Below are positions 17,347-27,591 of a stretch of 64,000 nucleotides of DNA, piece after piece. The DNA is from an uncultured Methanosarcinales archaeon (GTDB lineage Archaea; Nanobdellota; Nanobdellia; Woesearchaeales; JACPBV01), in the NCBI GenBank assembly GCA_964577685.1, contig CAZNZT010000004.1:1-64000 (forward strand). Reading direction: 5' to 3'. The translations under genes were made by a program, and so were the position numbers. The notes under the pieces are model-generated. The model saw only the letters and a list, made by a program, of their open reading frames with translations. It was not told the DNA's origin and searched no databases. The stretch's first letter is position 1; every line of letters begins with the position of its first letter.

Positions 17347-20300
17347 TTATTTTTTCTTTATTTTCTTTATTACCTTTTTTATTGATTTAAGAAACTTTGT
17401 GAGTTTCTTTCTTTTTATGAAGAGGTATACACCCACAGCAGATATTGAGATTAACCCAATCCATACTATGGCAAGTATTATTGGTTTTCTTTCTAGGGCT
17501 GATGGTTTTTCAATACCTCTTTCTAGTTCTTGTTTTTTTGATATTATAAATCTACAGCCCTTTACTGCCTCTTCTAATAGTTTGTCTGCTTTGGTGTATT
17601 CTTTGTTCTTGATTGCTTCTCTTGCTTTAGTGACTAATTCGTTAAGCTCAAGACATTCTGGATGAGCCTTTAGTAGGTCCATAACGGAATTTACTTTTTC
17701 TGAAACATTTCTTATTGTGTTTATCTTTACAATTGTGCTATCTTCTAATTCTGGAGAATCAACTTTTGCTTTTATTTTTATTGAGTATGTATCTTTTTTT
17801 ATGTCTAATATCTCTACGATTAGATCAACTACTTTTTGTTCATTTATGTCAAGCTGTGGTATATATGGCTCTTTGAATTTGAATGATATTCCTTCCTCAT
17901 CAGATTCTGCTGATAGGGTAATACCTACTAGGGTTTTGTCTATATTGTTGCTTAGATAAATGGGTATCTTATATTTGTTTTGTGTTAATACATGTACTTT
18001 ACCTGGAGTTACAAGTTCCTCGTATTTGTATTCTTTAACTTTTTTTGTTATCCTACTTATGCCTCCACCCCCACCCCCTCCGCTTACTATTGTTGTTTGT
18101 GTAACTTCTTCATCTTCAACATTTGAGACATGTATTGTGATGTTATTGGAATAAGTGGTAGTATAGCCATCATACGCTGAGAAACTGATAACTGCTGTAC
18201 CATACCAATTTGTGCTGAATGATAGCCTTACCGTGTTGTCATCTTCACTTATATTTATGTTTACCTGACTTGGTGCGGAGTAATTGTATGTTATTGTGTC
18301 ATCTGTATCTAGCTCTTCAAAATAGTCATCTAGGTCAATCCAGTTTTCGTATATGTAGTCTTCTAACAATTCTTGGTTTGGGATTTTATAGGATATGCTT
18401 ACTTCCTCTAGGGTGGGGGTAATTGTTGAGTTGTATGTTGTAAAGTTTGCTCTGAATTGTATGTATTTGTTATTTGATGATTCTATTGGTGCAGGGGTAC
18501 TTTCATAAGGGCCATCCCATGAGGCACTTTGTATGGCGGATGAAGTAGATGCTGTTCTTGTATATAGTGTGATATTGGTTCCGTTTGGTATGTAAGCTGT
18601 CCATCTTATATATGTGAGGTTTATTTTATTATATTCTGCTTCAAGGTTTATTATTGGGGAAGTATATGTTCCATTTACATATTTGTTATTAATCCTTGTA
18701 AGGGTTATATTGCCCGGTTGGGATGTTATGTTTGTGTTGTTTAGTGTGCCTCCTGTGAAATCGTTTAGGCTTGTATATGTTTTTCTGCCAAATATTGGTG
18801 CTCTGTTTTTGTTGCTTATATTTATAATCCAGTAAAAGTAGCTTGTATCAACCCCGTCTGATATTTTTATCGTTAGATTTCTTATGCCTGCTGTTGTAAA
18901 GTTAAAATAGTATGTTAGGTTTTTAGATGTATTTACTAGGGTTCCGTTTAATAACCATTGATAGGTTAAATTGTCTCCATCAGCATCTGTTGTGTTGTGC
19001 ATGAATGTTATCGTTGAGTTCTCTTCTATGTATATCCTCGTTCCGTTTGGATATTGTGAAGCATTTGCCCATCCATATATCGTAAGATTATTTGTGCCAT
19101 TTCCATAGGGGTAAATCATGTTTATTTGGGGTTCATTATTTTTTGTTACATTTAGGGTTATGTTGTTTGAGTATGTAATGTTAGTTCCATCACTGGCATA
19201 GAATCTGATATATTCAACACCATAAAATGAAACATTTACAATAAAGCTTACCTTAGAACTTGTTTGATTTATGTTTACTATTATGTTATTGTTTCCACTA
19301 ACATTGTATGTTAGGTTTTCTCCATCAGGGTCATAGAAATACTCGTTTAAGCTTAGGTTGTTTGTAAGATTTCTTCCTTGGTTCCATGTTATATTGTCTA
19401 TAGTCTTATTTAAAACAGGAGGTCTATTTTTATTGTTTATTGTTAGATTCCATGACATTATACTATAGGCGTTGTATATGTCTGAAACATTAATCTTTAT
19501 TGTGTGATTACCAGCGGAACTAAAGTTTGCTGTGTGGTTATATGTTTCATTTGTTGTGATAAGTATGTTATCGTAGTACCAACTGTATGTTATGTTATCA
19601 CCATCTTCATCTATTGCAGTGACATTAAATAGGATAGAACTGTTTTCTTCTATTGTTACATTCGTGCTGTTAGGTATATAGTCTGTTATTTGGGGAGCAT
19701 CATTTACATTTATTATTTCTAGATTTATTATTTGTGATATGTTATTAACATAGTCGCTTACTGTCAGGTTTATTGAATAATTACCTACATCTGCTTGTGT
19801 TGGGGTAAAGTTTATTATTCCTTTTGTTATGTTAACTGTACCTATTGTGAAGCTATACCATGTTATATTGAAGAGGGTTGAGTTATCGTAAAAGGTGAGG
19901 TTGGCACCTTCTTCATCTTGGGCGGTTATAATAATTATTGTCATGTTGTCTTCTCTTGCTGTTAGGTTAGTTAAATTTACGAACTCTGGTGGGTCATTTC
20001 TAGTAGAAATAGTAAGGGTTATTACTTCATAGTCTAAGCCCCCATACCCATCACTTACGGTTATGTTTATTGAGTAGTTCCCTATTTGTGATAGCGTAGG
20101 TGTAAAGTTTATTATACTCATACTTTTGTTATACCATGTTATGTTGAATAAGGTGGTGTTGCTTGAGAAGGTTAGGTTGTGTCCATCTTGGTCAAAAGCA
20201 GATAGGTTAAGTTCAAATCTTATGTCTTCTGTAGCGTTTTGGTTACCTATTGGATTTAATACTGGTGGGTTGTTTTGCCATAATGTAAATTTAGCAACTA

Positions 20301-22122
20301 CTGAGTCAGAAAGTTGTGTATCATTAACACTAATGTTGACATCATAAATACCTACATCAGCAACTTCTACAGTGAAGTTTATTAGACCTGTTGTTTCGTT
20401 TATTTCAAAAATTGAATTGTTTGTTGAGTAGTGGAGTACATCATTTAAATCAGCATCTGTGGCATTTACATCAAGAGTGAATAGGTCTCCTACTTTTACC
20501 GTCATGTTTGGTACTGGTTCAAGTATGGGTGGATTATTTATATCTATTACAGAGAAGATTATAATCTCGTAATCCGCTTCTTTATATATGTCAGTAACAT
20601 TAAACTTTATTGAATAATTTCCAACATCGGCGTCTGTTGGAGTGAAGTCTATTGTGCTCATACTTTTGTTATACCATGTTATGTTGAAGATTGTGCTATT
20701 ACTCGCAAATGTTAGGTTGTCTCCATCATTGTCAAAGGCTGTAAGGTTTAGCTGGAATCTTGTTCCTTCTGTAGCGTTTTGGTTACCTATTGGGTTTAAT
20801 ACTGGTGGGCTATTATTAGAGATTATGAAGGTTACTATCTGCGAATCAATTAGGAGAGAATCATTTACGGTTATATTTACAATGTGTGTTCCTAAGTATG
20901 ACTCATTTGGTGTGAAGTTAATCAAGCCCGTGTTTATGTCAATCGTTATGTTTGTGTCATTAGTGTAGTAGTATAGTGTATCACCATCTGGGTCATTTGC
21001 GATAACATTATATAGGTATGTTCTGTTGAGAGAAGCATACTGTGGGGATGGTATTTGAGCTAGGATTGGGGGGTCATTGATATTGGTAACATTTAGGGTA
21101 ACATTGTTGGAATAGGTTATATTGTAGGAATCATTTGCATAGAATTGAACTATCTGGATTCCAAACCAATTTGGTTTTACATAGAAGCTTACATTCCATG
21201 TTGTTTGATTTATTACAATAGTAATGTCCTGAGAAGCATTTATTGAATCCTTTATTTCTAGTGTCCTATAACCAAATGTTAGGTTATCTTTATTTATCCC
21301 GCTGCATTCTTCTCTGTCTGAATCATTAAAGTATTCTGAGATAGTTATGTTATTTGTTAGATTTGTTTCTTCCTCCCATGTGATGTTCTTGATTATTTTT
21401 TCTTGTGTTGGTGGTCTGTTTGTATTATTTACTATAAGACTCCATTCTACTCGGTCTTCAAGTCCGTAAGAATCGTTTACAATTAATGTTACATTGTGAG
21501 CGCCTGCATCACAGAATCCTGGGAAGTATGTCCATGAATGATTTGTTGAAACAGCTATGCCATCATATAACCATGTGTTGTTTAGATAGTCTTCTCCTGG
21601 GTGTATAAGGTCTGGGTCTGAACTAGTGTGATTGAATGTAAATCCGAGTGAGTTATTTTCTTCTACAGAGGGTGTTAAATCTGCAGGTATGTATGATGTG
21701 ATATTTGGTGGGTCGTTTACATTAGTAATATTAACAAGAACATCTTGTACTGTTGTGGCGTAGTGTTGGTCTTTTACAATTATTGTTATATGGTAGTTTG
21801 ATATATTGGAGTTTGCATCTAGTACATCTGTTTCTGTTGGTGTAAAGTTGATTATGGCTGCTGTGTCGTTGTATTCTGTCATATAAAAAACAGGAAGCTT
21901 TGATTCAGAGTCATCCGAGAATATCAGAGGATAATCTTCTTCTGCATCAGCTGCATGAACAAAGTATGTGAAGTTTGAATCTTCTGCTATCGTTAAGGTG
22001 CTATTAAGGTTTATGAAGTATGGTGCTGTATTGTCTTGGCTAAGAACATAACCTACTCCGAGTAGGAATAATACAGCAAATATACTTACCCCTATTAGTT
22101 TATTCTTGTTGTTGGGTTTCAT
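17347..22122 (-). CDS. Giant surface protein with tandem cadherin/Ig-like repeats and C-terminal TM anchor (1591 aa)
   Basis: Signal peptide; many N[DR]PP...D-x-DGD repeats; dense NxT/S sequons; poly-Gly linker; C-terminal TM plus basic tail. Confidence 0.85.
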   Translation of the reverse strand: MKPNNKNKLIGVSIFAVLFLLGVGYVLSQDNTAPYFINLNSTLTIAEDSNFTYFVHAADAEEDYPLIFSDDSESKLPVFYMTEYNDTAAIINFTPTETDVLDANSNISNYHITIIVKDQHYATTVQDVLVNITNVNDPPNITSYIPADLTPSVEENNSLGFTFNHTSSDPDLIHPGEDYLNNTWLYDGIAVSTNHSWTYFPGFCDAGAHNVTLIVNDSYGLEDRVEWSLIVNNTNRPPTQEKIIKNITWEEETNLTNNITISEYFNDSDREECSGINKDNLTFGYRTLEIKDSINASQDITIVINQTTWNVSFYVKPNWFGIQIVQFYANDSYNITYSNNVTLNVTNINDPPILAQIPSPQYASLNRTYLYNVIANDPDGDTLYYYTNDTNITIDINTGLINFTPNESYLGTHIVNITVNDSLLIDSQIVTFIISNNSPPVLNPIGNQNATEGTRFQLNLTAFDNDGDNLTFASNSTIFNITWYNKSMSTIDFTPTDADVGNYSIKFNVTDIYKEADYEIIIFSVIDINNPPILEPVPNMTVKVGDLFTLDVNATDADLNDVLHYSTNNSIFEINETTGLINFTVEVADVGIYDVNISVNDTQLSDSVVAKFTLWQNNPPVLNPIGNQNATEDIRFELNLSAFDQDGHNLTFSSNTTLFNITWYNKSMSIINFTPTLSQIGNYSINITVSDGYGGLDYEVITLTISTRNDPPEFVNLTNLTAREDNMTIIIITAQDEEGANLTFYDNSTLFNITWYSFTIGTVNITKGIINFTPTQADVGNYSINLTVSDYVNNISQIINLEIINVNDAPQITDYIPNSTNVTIEENSSILFNVTAIDEDGDNITYSWYYDNILITTNETYNHTANFSSAGNHTIKINVSDIYNAYSIMSWNLTINNKNRPPVLNKTIDNITWNQGRNLTNNLSLNEYFYDPDGENLTYNVSGNNNIIVNINQTSSKVSFIVNVSFYGVEYIRFYASDGTNITYSNNITLNVTKNNEPQINMIYPYGNGTNNLTIYGWANASQYPNGTRIYIEENSTITFMHNTTDADGDNLTYQWLLNGTLVNTSKNLTYYFNFTTAGIRNLTIKISDGVDTSYFYWIINISNKNRAPIFGRKTYTSLNDFTGGTLNNTNITSQPGNITLTRINNKYVNGTYTSPIINLEAEYNKINLTYIRWTAYIPNGTNITLYTRTASTSSAIQSASWDGPYESTPAPIESSNNKYIQFRANFTTYNSTITPTLEEVSISYKIPNQELLEDYIYENWIDLDDYFEELDTDDTITYNYSAPSQVNINISEDDNTVRLSFSTNWYGTAVISFSAYDGYTTTYSNNITIHVSNVEDEEVTQTTIVSGGGGGGGISRITKKVKEYKYEELVTPGKVHVLTQNKYKIPIYLSNNIDKTLVGITLSAESDEEGISFKFKEPYIPQLDINEQKVVDLIVEILDIKKDTYSIKIKAKVDSPELEDSTIVKINTIRNVSEKVNSVMDLLKAHPECLELNELVTKAREAIKNKEYTKADKLLEEAVKGCRFIISKKQELERGIEKPSALERKPIILAIVWIGLISISAVGVYLFIKRKKLTKFLKSIKKVIKKIKKK

Positions 22123-25100
22123 TTCTTGTTGTGTTGTTTTCTTCTGTGTTATTTGTTGGGATTGTATTATTCAGTTGTATTGTTTCATTTATCTCTGGGA
22201 TGGTTGTATTTGTAGAGTTTGTAGATTCGTTAATTTCTTGCTCTTGGATTGTTGTTTCATTTATCGTTCCATTAATGCTCTGGTTTGTTTCTATGTTTGG
22301 GTTTGTTTCATTTATCGTTTCATTAATTGATATATTGGTCGAGAGGTTTAATGCTTTAGTTTGGTTTGTTGTGTTTATTGTTTCATTAGTAGTGTTGTTT
22401 ATTGTAGTATTTTCTATTGTTTCTGTCGTGTTTGTTATGTTTGTAGATTCGTTAATTTCTTGTTCTTGGATTGTTGTTTCATTTATCGTTTCATTTGTTG
22501 TTATCCCTTCAATTATTATCTGTTGTTCTTCTGTTATGTTGAATACCACATCTTGGAAGTCCATGTGAAATTGATTGTCTTTTGCGATTATTGTTACATG
22601 GTGTAGCCCTACATCTTCATGTGTAGGAGTGAATTCTATAAGCCCATTTGATGATATATTAAATAATCTCGTATCATCTGAGAATGTTATATCATCTCCA
22701 TCTGCATCATACGCGTTTATATTGGCAATAAAATGTTCTCCAACCTTTATGTTGTAGGTAGGTATCTCCATTAGAATTGGAGCAGTGTTTTTTCTTTGAA
22801 TTACTAGTCCTGTTATCTTTGGTTCTATTATTCTTATCATCCCAGTCATCATTATTATTGCTATCAGGACCAATGATGTAATCGTTATCTTTTTTATTTC
22901 TCTATGGTGCTTTTCTTTTTTTCTGAATAATTCTAGCTCTTCTCCTATTCTTTCAAGGTAAGCATAAGCTTTTTCTTTTTCATCATCATTTAATTTTTTG
23001 TGAACTCTTTTTGCTTCTGAGTAGGATTTTTCTGCCTCTTTTGTTTTTTTGTTTTGAATCATGAACAGTGTCTTATACAGCTCATAATAGAATTGTTCTT
23101 CCTTGGTTTCTACTTTTCTTTCTTTTAGCACTTCTTTTGGTTCTTTTGATATCTTTTCTTTGCTTATTAGGGCAAGTATTAACTCAAGTTCTTTTGTAAG
23201 AACAAGGATTTCTTCTTTTTTTATTTTATGCTCTGAATAGACGAGGTGGATGATTCCCTTTATGTATCTTATCAGTATATTTTTTATTGATTGCCTTAGT
23301 TTGCTTTCTTTTATTATGGGTATTAGGTCCTCATAGGTGAATTCATACCTTAATCCAAACAACACAATAAATACAGCCTTTAGTGTTTTTAGGAATCTAT
23401 TTAAAGCCTTTTCAGTAGATTCTTTTTCAATAACTTTTTCCATATGCTTTATTTTTGATATTATTGTTTTTATTATTTTGCTTATCTTCTTATGTTTTAT
23501 TTTTGTCTCTTCTTTCTTTTTCTTATGTTTTTTTGCTATTATTGAGGGTATTAACATTAGCTTTGTTGCAAGCACCAACAATGATATGGTTGTTAAGGCA
23601 ATGAGGCTTATCCCTGCGTATTTTGTCCACTTTATCCAATTTATTTTTCTCGGAGCCATTTTCTCAAGTTCTACTTCACATTTTTTACATGGACCCCCAC
23701 AATCTATACCTTCTTCTCCAAGGTGGGCATCCATATAGCCATTATAGCAGCAGTCCTTTAATTCACATGGGCCTCCACAATCTATTCCTGTTTCATTTTG
23801 GTTTATTATGCCATCAAAGCAACTTGGGCATGGAGCACAAGGACCACCACAATCTATACCTTCTTCATTATTATCTTTTATTCCATTAAAGCAACTTGGG
23901 CATGGAGCACAAGGACCACCACAATCTATACCTTCTTCATTATTATCTTTTATTCCATTAAAGCAAGAAGGTATGTATTTACATTTTTCCCTTTCTTTTG
24001 GTTTTGTGTAGTTTGTTCCACAGTCAGAGAGGTCTATACATTTTCTTTCCATATATCCATTTGGATGGCATATGCTCCAGAATGTACATACCCACATTTC
24101 TCTGCATTCCCATCTTGCTCCCCCTCCCCCACCATATCTTATTACAGTGATTCTAGGTTCTACTTCTGGAACATCATATACAGTTAGGGTTATGTTGTTG
24201 CTTGTGTTTGATGCACCATAGCTATCAATGACATTAAAGGATATGTTTTCTGAGCCATACCAGTTTGCTGGTTGCGAGAATGTTACTACATTCTTGCTGT
24301 TTATGCTAACAACTATTGAATGTGGGTTTGTTAGGTAGTTTACACTATAGCTTAGGTTATCATCTTCGTCTGGGTCAGTAGCATAGTCGTCTAGGTCGAG
24401 ACCATATAGGGTTGTGTCTTCAGCCCAGGTTTGATTTTTTATTATTCTATAGAAATATGGGGGCCTGTTGACATTTGTTACATTTAGTATCCATGTATGG
24501 GATGTTCCAAGACTTCCATCTGAGACATCTACATAGATTGTATAAATACCTGCACTTGTATAGTTTGCTGTAAAGACATAGCTGCTTTTTAGAATTGAGT
24601 TATTATCATAAAATGTTGAAACAACTTTATTGTTTACCTTCCATCTAATAGTTAGTGAATCCCCGTCTTCATCAGAATAAGTTATATTGAATGTCTGGTT
24701 TTCTCCTTCTTTTATTTCTGGGTTTGTTGTTGGATGGTAGCTTGTTATTGTTGGCCTGTGGTTTTTTGAGTTGATAGTTAATATCAGGGTTTCGCTATCT
24801 TCGTTGTTTAGGCAAGGTGAACTGTCTGTTGCGGTGATTAATACATGGTGTACGCCAACATCATCATCTCCAGGTTTGTCTGGGAATGTATGATTTATGA
24901 TTCCTGTTATTGGGTCAATTTCAAATAAAGTGGTATTGTCTGAAAATGTAATGTTTTGGGTTGCGTTATTAATGTCTGTTGCGTTTATATCAAGGTATAG
25001 TGTCTCTCCTTCTCTTACAGTAACATTCTTTTGAAATTTACTTAGCTTAGGTCTATGATTTATACAGATTTTAACTTCTCCTAGGGCAGTGGCTTTTCCA

Positions 25101-25210
25101 ACTATCTGTATTCTTTCTTTTGTTTTTTGATATACAATCAGATTGCAGATTATTGAGATTATTATGAATATTATTATCAGTATAGCAACAATATTATTTG
25201 TTATTTTCAT
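22100..25210 (-). CDS. Large multi-pass surface protein with cadherin/Ig-like domains, Cys-rich repeats and NxT-rich tail (1036 aa)
   Basis: Three hydrophobic segments, NHRP/NRPP repeats, CFNGIKDNNEEGIDCGGPC repeats and an Asn/Thr tail. Confidence 0.85.
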   Translation of the reverse strand: MKITNNIVAILIIIFIIISIICNLIVYQKTKERIQIVGKATALGEVKICINHRPKLSKFQKNVTVREGETLYLDINATDINNATQNITFSDNTTLFEIDPITGIINHTFPDKPGDDDVGVHHVLITATDSSPCLNNEDSETLILTINSKNHRPTITSYHPTTNPEIKEGENQTFNITYSDEDGDSLTIRWKVNNKVVSTFYDNNSILKSSYVFTANYTSAGIYTIYVDVSDGSLGTSHTWILNVTNVNRPPYFYRIIKNQTWAEDTTLYGLDLDDYATDPDEDDNLSYSVNYLTNPHSIVVSINSKNVVTFSQPANWYGSENISFNVIDSYGASNTSNNITLTVYDVPEVEPRITVIRYGGGGGARWECREMWVCTFWSICHPNGYMERKCIDLSDCGTNYTKPKEREKCKYIPSCFNGIKDNNEEGIDCGGPCAPCPSCFNGIKDNNEEGIDCGGPCAPCPSCFDGIINQNETGIDCGGPCELKDCCYNGYMDAHLGEEGIDCGGPCKKCEVELEKMAPRKINWIKWTKYAGISLIALTTISLLVLATKLMLIPSIIAKKHKKKKEETKIKHKKISKIIKTIISKIKHMEKVIEKESTEKALNRFLKTLKAVFIVLFGLRYEFTYEDLIPIIKESKLRQSIKNILIRYIKGIIHLVYSEHKIKKEEILVLTKELELILALISKEKISKEPKEVLKERKVETKEEQFYYELYKTLFMIQNKKTKEAEKSYSEAKRVHKKLNDDEKEKAYAYLERIGEELELFRKKEKHHREIKKITITSLVLIAIIMMTGMIRIIEPKITGLVIQRKNTAPILMEIPTYNIKVGEHFIANINAYDADGDDITFSDDTRLFNISSNGLIEFTPTHEDVGLHHVTIIAKDNQFHMDFQDVVFNITEEQQIIIEGITTNETINETTIQEQEINESTNITNTTETIENTTINNTTNETINTTNQTKALNLSTNISINETINETNPNIETNQSINGTINETTIQEQEINESTNSTNTTIPEINETIQLNNTIPTNNTEENNTTRNETQQQE
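23816..23959. repeat. Exact 72-bp tandem duplication encoding CFNGIKDNNEEGIDCGGPCAPCPS
   Basis: Units 23816-23887 and 23888-23959 read identical; two more degenerate units follow in the protein. Confidence 0.9.
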
Positions 25211-25358
25211 CTTTTGTTTCTCCTTTATATTTTAACAGCAAGTTCCTGATAGCTTCTCTTGCTATTTCTGCTTGGTTATTAAATAGTCCAGAATCTATAA
25301 GTTCCTGCATTCTTTTTTTCATCTTTTTTTCTACTCTTATGTGCAACAAGTTAGTCAT
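25194..25358 (-). CDS. Ribbon-helix-helix (CopG/Arc/MetJ) transcription factor, 54 aa, absent from the ORF track
   Basis: MTNLLHIRVEKKMKKRMQELIDSGLFNNQAEIAREAIRNLLLKYKGETKDENNK*; beta-strand LHIRV and G-x-F-x-N-x-x-E-x-x-R-x-A-x-R signature; overlaps the start of the 1036-aa gene. Confidence 0.85.
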   Translation of the reverse strand: MTNLLHIRVEKKMKKRMQELIDSGLFNNQAEIAREAIRNLLLKYKGETKDENNK

Positions 25359-25376
25359 TTTTCTGTTTATTTTGAT

Positions 25377-25485
25377 TATATCTATTTGATATACTCAGGA
25401 TATATATAAATTTAACTATTTTTCTTGTTATTCTTGTCTATATTGTCTTTTATTATATATATCATATAGATATATTTTTGATATA
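25377..25485. promoter_or_regulatory. Two TATATC-N5-GATATA-N5-GATATA arrays (candidate RHH operators), each next to a minus-strand TATA box
   Basis: Arrays at 25377-25404 and 25458-25485; TATATAAA (TTTATATA on the minus strand) at 25403-25410 and 25482-25489. Confidence 0.6.
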
Positions 25486-25535
25486 TAAACTACAATTAGA
25501 AATGTTTTTATACTAGTTATAATGCTTGTTTTTTT

Positions 25536-26318
25536 ATGGATATAGCAATAATTTTCAGTAGGAAGGACCCAGCAGGAGTTAACATTTCTGAGTGTTTGGG
25601 CAAGTATGAGCTAGGTGGGGTTAATGCCAAGATTTATGAGGTTGAGGAAGAAACGATATATCATGATGACTTAGATAAGAAGATAGATGCAGATTTGTTT
25701 ATATTTACAACTAAACATGAATCCTCAAAGGGCGTTCATTCTTTGAGCTGCCATGTTCCTGGTAATTGGGATAAGGCAATGCTCGGTGGTATAGATAAGA
25801 AGTTATGTGTGGCACCAGCTCTATACCTAAAGCAAGTATTCTTGTTGTTAAATGAGAAAGGAAAAGGCATAAATAGCGAGATTACTATGGAATGCACTCA
25901 TCATGGACCATACTTGGAAAAGCCTTGTTTTTTTATAGAGATTGGTTCTAATGATGAATATTGGAATAACAAAGATGCAGGCAATATTATTGCTTCTGTT
26001 GTTTTTGAGTTTTTAAAAAGAGTAAAGGAAGATTCTATCTCTATGAATTGTGATGTTGCCTTTGGGGTAGGAGGTTTGCATTATTGTAATAATTTTAATA
26101 AGGTTCAGCTTAGGACAAATATTGCGATAGGGCATATTTGTCCTAAATATATGCTTGAGAAACTTGATTCAGAGATGATTTTACAGGCTATGTCCAAGAC
26201 AATCCCAAAGCCTAGCTTTGTTCTCTTAGATTGGAAAGGGCTTGGTAGGGAGAAACAGAGGATTGTAAATTTGCTAAATGAACTTGGTATAGAATATAGA
26301 AGAACAGACCAACTTTAA
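25536..26318 (+). CDS. dtdA: Archaeal D-aminoacyl-tRNA deacylase
   Basis: SRKDPAG, KHES, HVPGNW, ECTHHGP, FIEIGS and GGLHY motifs. Confidence 0.9.
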   Translation: MDIAIIFSRKDPAGVNISECLGKYELGGVNAKIYEVEEETIYHDDLDKKIDADLFIFTTKHESSKGVHSLSCHVPGNWDKAMLGGIDKKLCVAPALYLKQVFLLLNEKGKGINSEITMECTHHGPYLEKPCFFIEIGSNDEYWNNKDAGNIIASVVFEFLKRVKEDSISMNCDVAFGVGGLHYCNNFNKVQLRTNIAIGHICPKYMLEKLDSEMILQAMSKTIPKPSFVLLDWKGLGREKQRIVNLLNELGIEYRRTDQL

Positions 26319-26422
26319 TTTCTATTTTTAGTTTTTGGCTTTATTTATATTGGCTTTATTTTATATTATTTATATAATTTTAGAAAAATTTAAAACTCGC
26401 ATTTTGTTTTTCTCTCTTGAGA

Positions 26423-27454
26423 ATGAGAATAAGGAAGCTTGTGTCTGCTGGACTCGCATCATTACTTTTTGTTAGTTCTTATGCTTATCCTTGGGGTAAT
26501 GGTGGTTATTCTAGGTCTGATAAGCCCAGGATAGGAACTCATGATTATATTGCATCAAAAGCTCTTAGTTTTGTGCCGAAAAAGGATATAGGATGGCTTT
26601 ATGATCATAAAGACGATTTCCTTTTTGGAACGGAAGCACCGGATAATGAAGAGATTGCATTAAGGTATTTAGGTACTAAAAGCGGGTACGGAGATCAGCT
26701 AAACCATCATGTTTTCTTTAGGAGCAATGGTTCTATTGATGATGTTGCAGCAGAGAGGGCACAAGATGAATATTATCTTGCATTAGCTGCGTACAAAGGA
26801 GGGAATTTTAGGTTAGCTGCTTTTCATCTTGGGTGTATGACCCACTATATAAGTGATTGCGGTGTTTGGGCTCATGTAATGGGCACATGTTCAAGATTTG
26901 GAGCAGAAAATCAGGAAGCACATAGGAGGTTTGAAAGAGTGGTAGACAAGGCATTCATGCCGAAGTATAAGGAAAAATTAGCAAGGTATGGGATTAGTTT
27001 GGATAAAATCTTAGAACATTACATTGTTTTTGATGGTGAACTTAGGAGGGTGACACCTTATGAAGCTACAATAGAGCTTGCTAGAGCTGTTTCATTTGGG
27101 GATGGTAAGATACTTTGCTGTACAGATATGAATGACTTCTTCTCAAATAATAATTTAGGTTTGGTTCAAATATTGGCTTCTGGGGGTGATTTTAGAAAGT
27201 ATGTTAGAAGTAGCTTTGCTGCTGTTAATAGATGCGTTAATTCTGTTGCAGATGTTCTATATACTTTTGTTATTGATGCTAGAAGATTGGATGAGTTGGG
27301 GGTTAGTAGTAGCGAGCATAACAAAGTAAGTAAAAAGGAAGAATCTTTTGTGGGAAACCAAAATAATGGGAGTTTTGGTTTTGCCCCTCTTTTGTCTGCT
27401 GTTTTATTTTTTGCTGTGTTGGGTATTGGGTTGTATGTGTTGGGAAGAAGATGA
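26423..27454 (+). CDS. Secreted, C-terminally anchored zinc-dependent phospholipase C / S1-P1 nuclease-family protein
   Basis: Signal peptide followed by W, then THD, APD, NHH, HYISD, AH and HRRFE zinc-ligand motifs; C-terminal TM plus RR. Confidence 0.8.
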   Translation: MRIRKLVSAGLASLLFVSSYAYPWGNGGYSRSDKPRIGTHDYIASKALSFVPKKDIGWLYDHKDDFLFGTEAPDNEEIALRYLGTKSGYGDQLNHHVFFRSNGSIDDVAAERAQDEYYLALAAYKGGNFRLAAFHLGCMTHYISDCGVWAHVMGTCSRFGAENQEAHRRFERVVDKAFMPKYKEKLARYGISLDKILEHYIVFDGELRRVTPYEATIELARAVSFGDGKILCCTDMNDFFSNNNLGLVQILASGGDFRKYVRSSFAAVNRCVNSVADVLYTFVIDARRLDELGVSSSEHNKVSKKEESFVGNQNNGSFGFAPLLSAVLFFAVLGIGLYVLGRR

Positions 27455-27591
27455 TTGTTTTTATCTTAAATCAGTGATTAAATCTTTCCTATTTTTTGTA
27501 ATATACTTTTAATTGTGTATATTGAATCTTGATAATTTATTTAAATGTGTTATCATCCTTGAGTTGATATAAACTGGGTGAGGGGATTATT

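Noticed and set aside
27500..27523. Inverted repeat AATATAC-N10-GTATATT upstream of the 1493-aa gene
   Set aside because: Single AT-rich instance with no linked regulator; could be chance.
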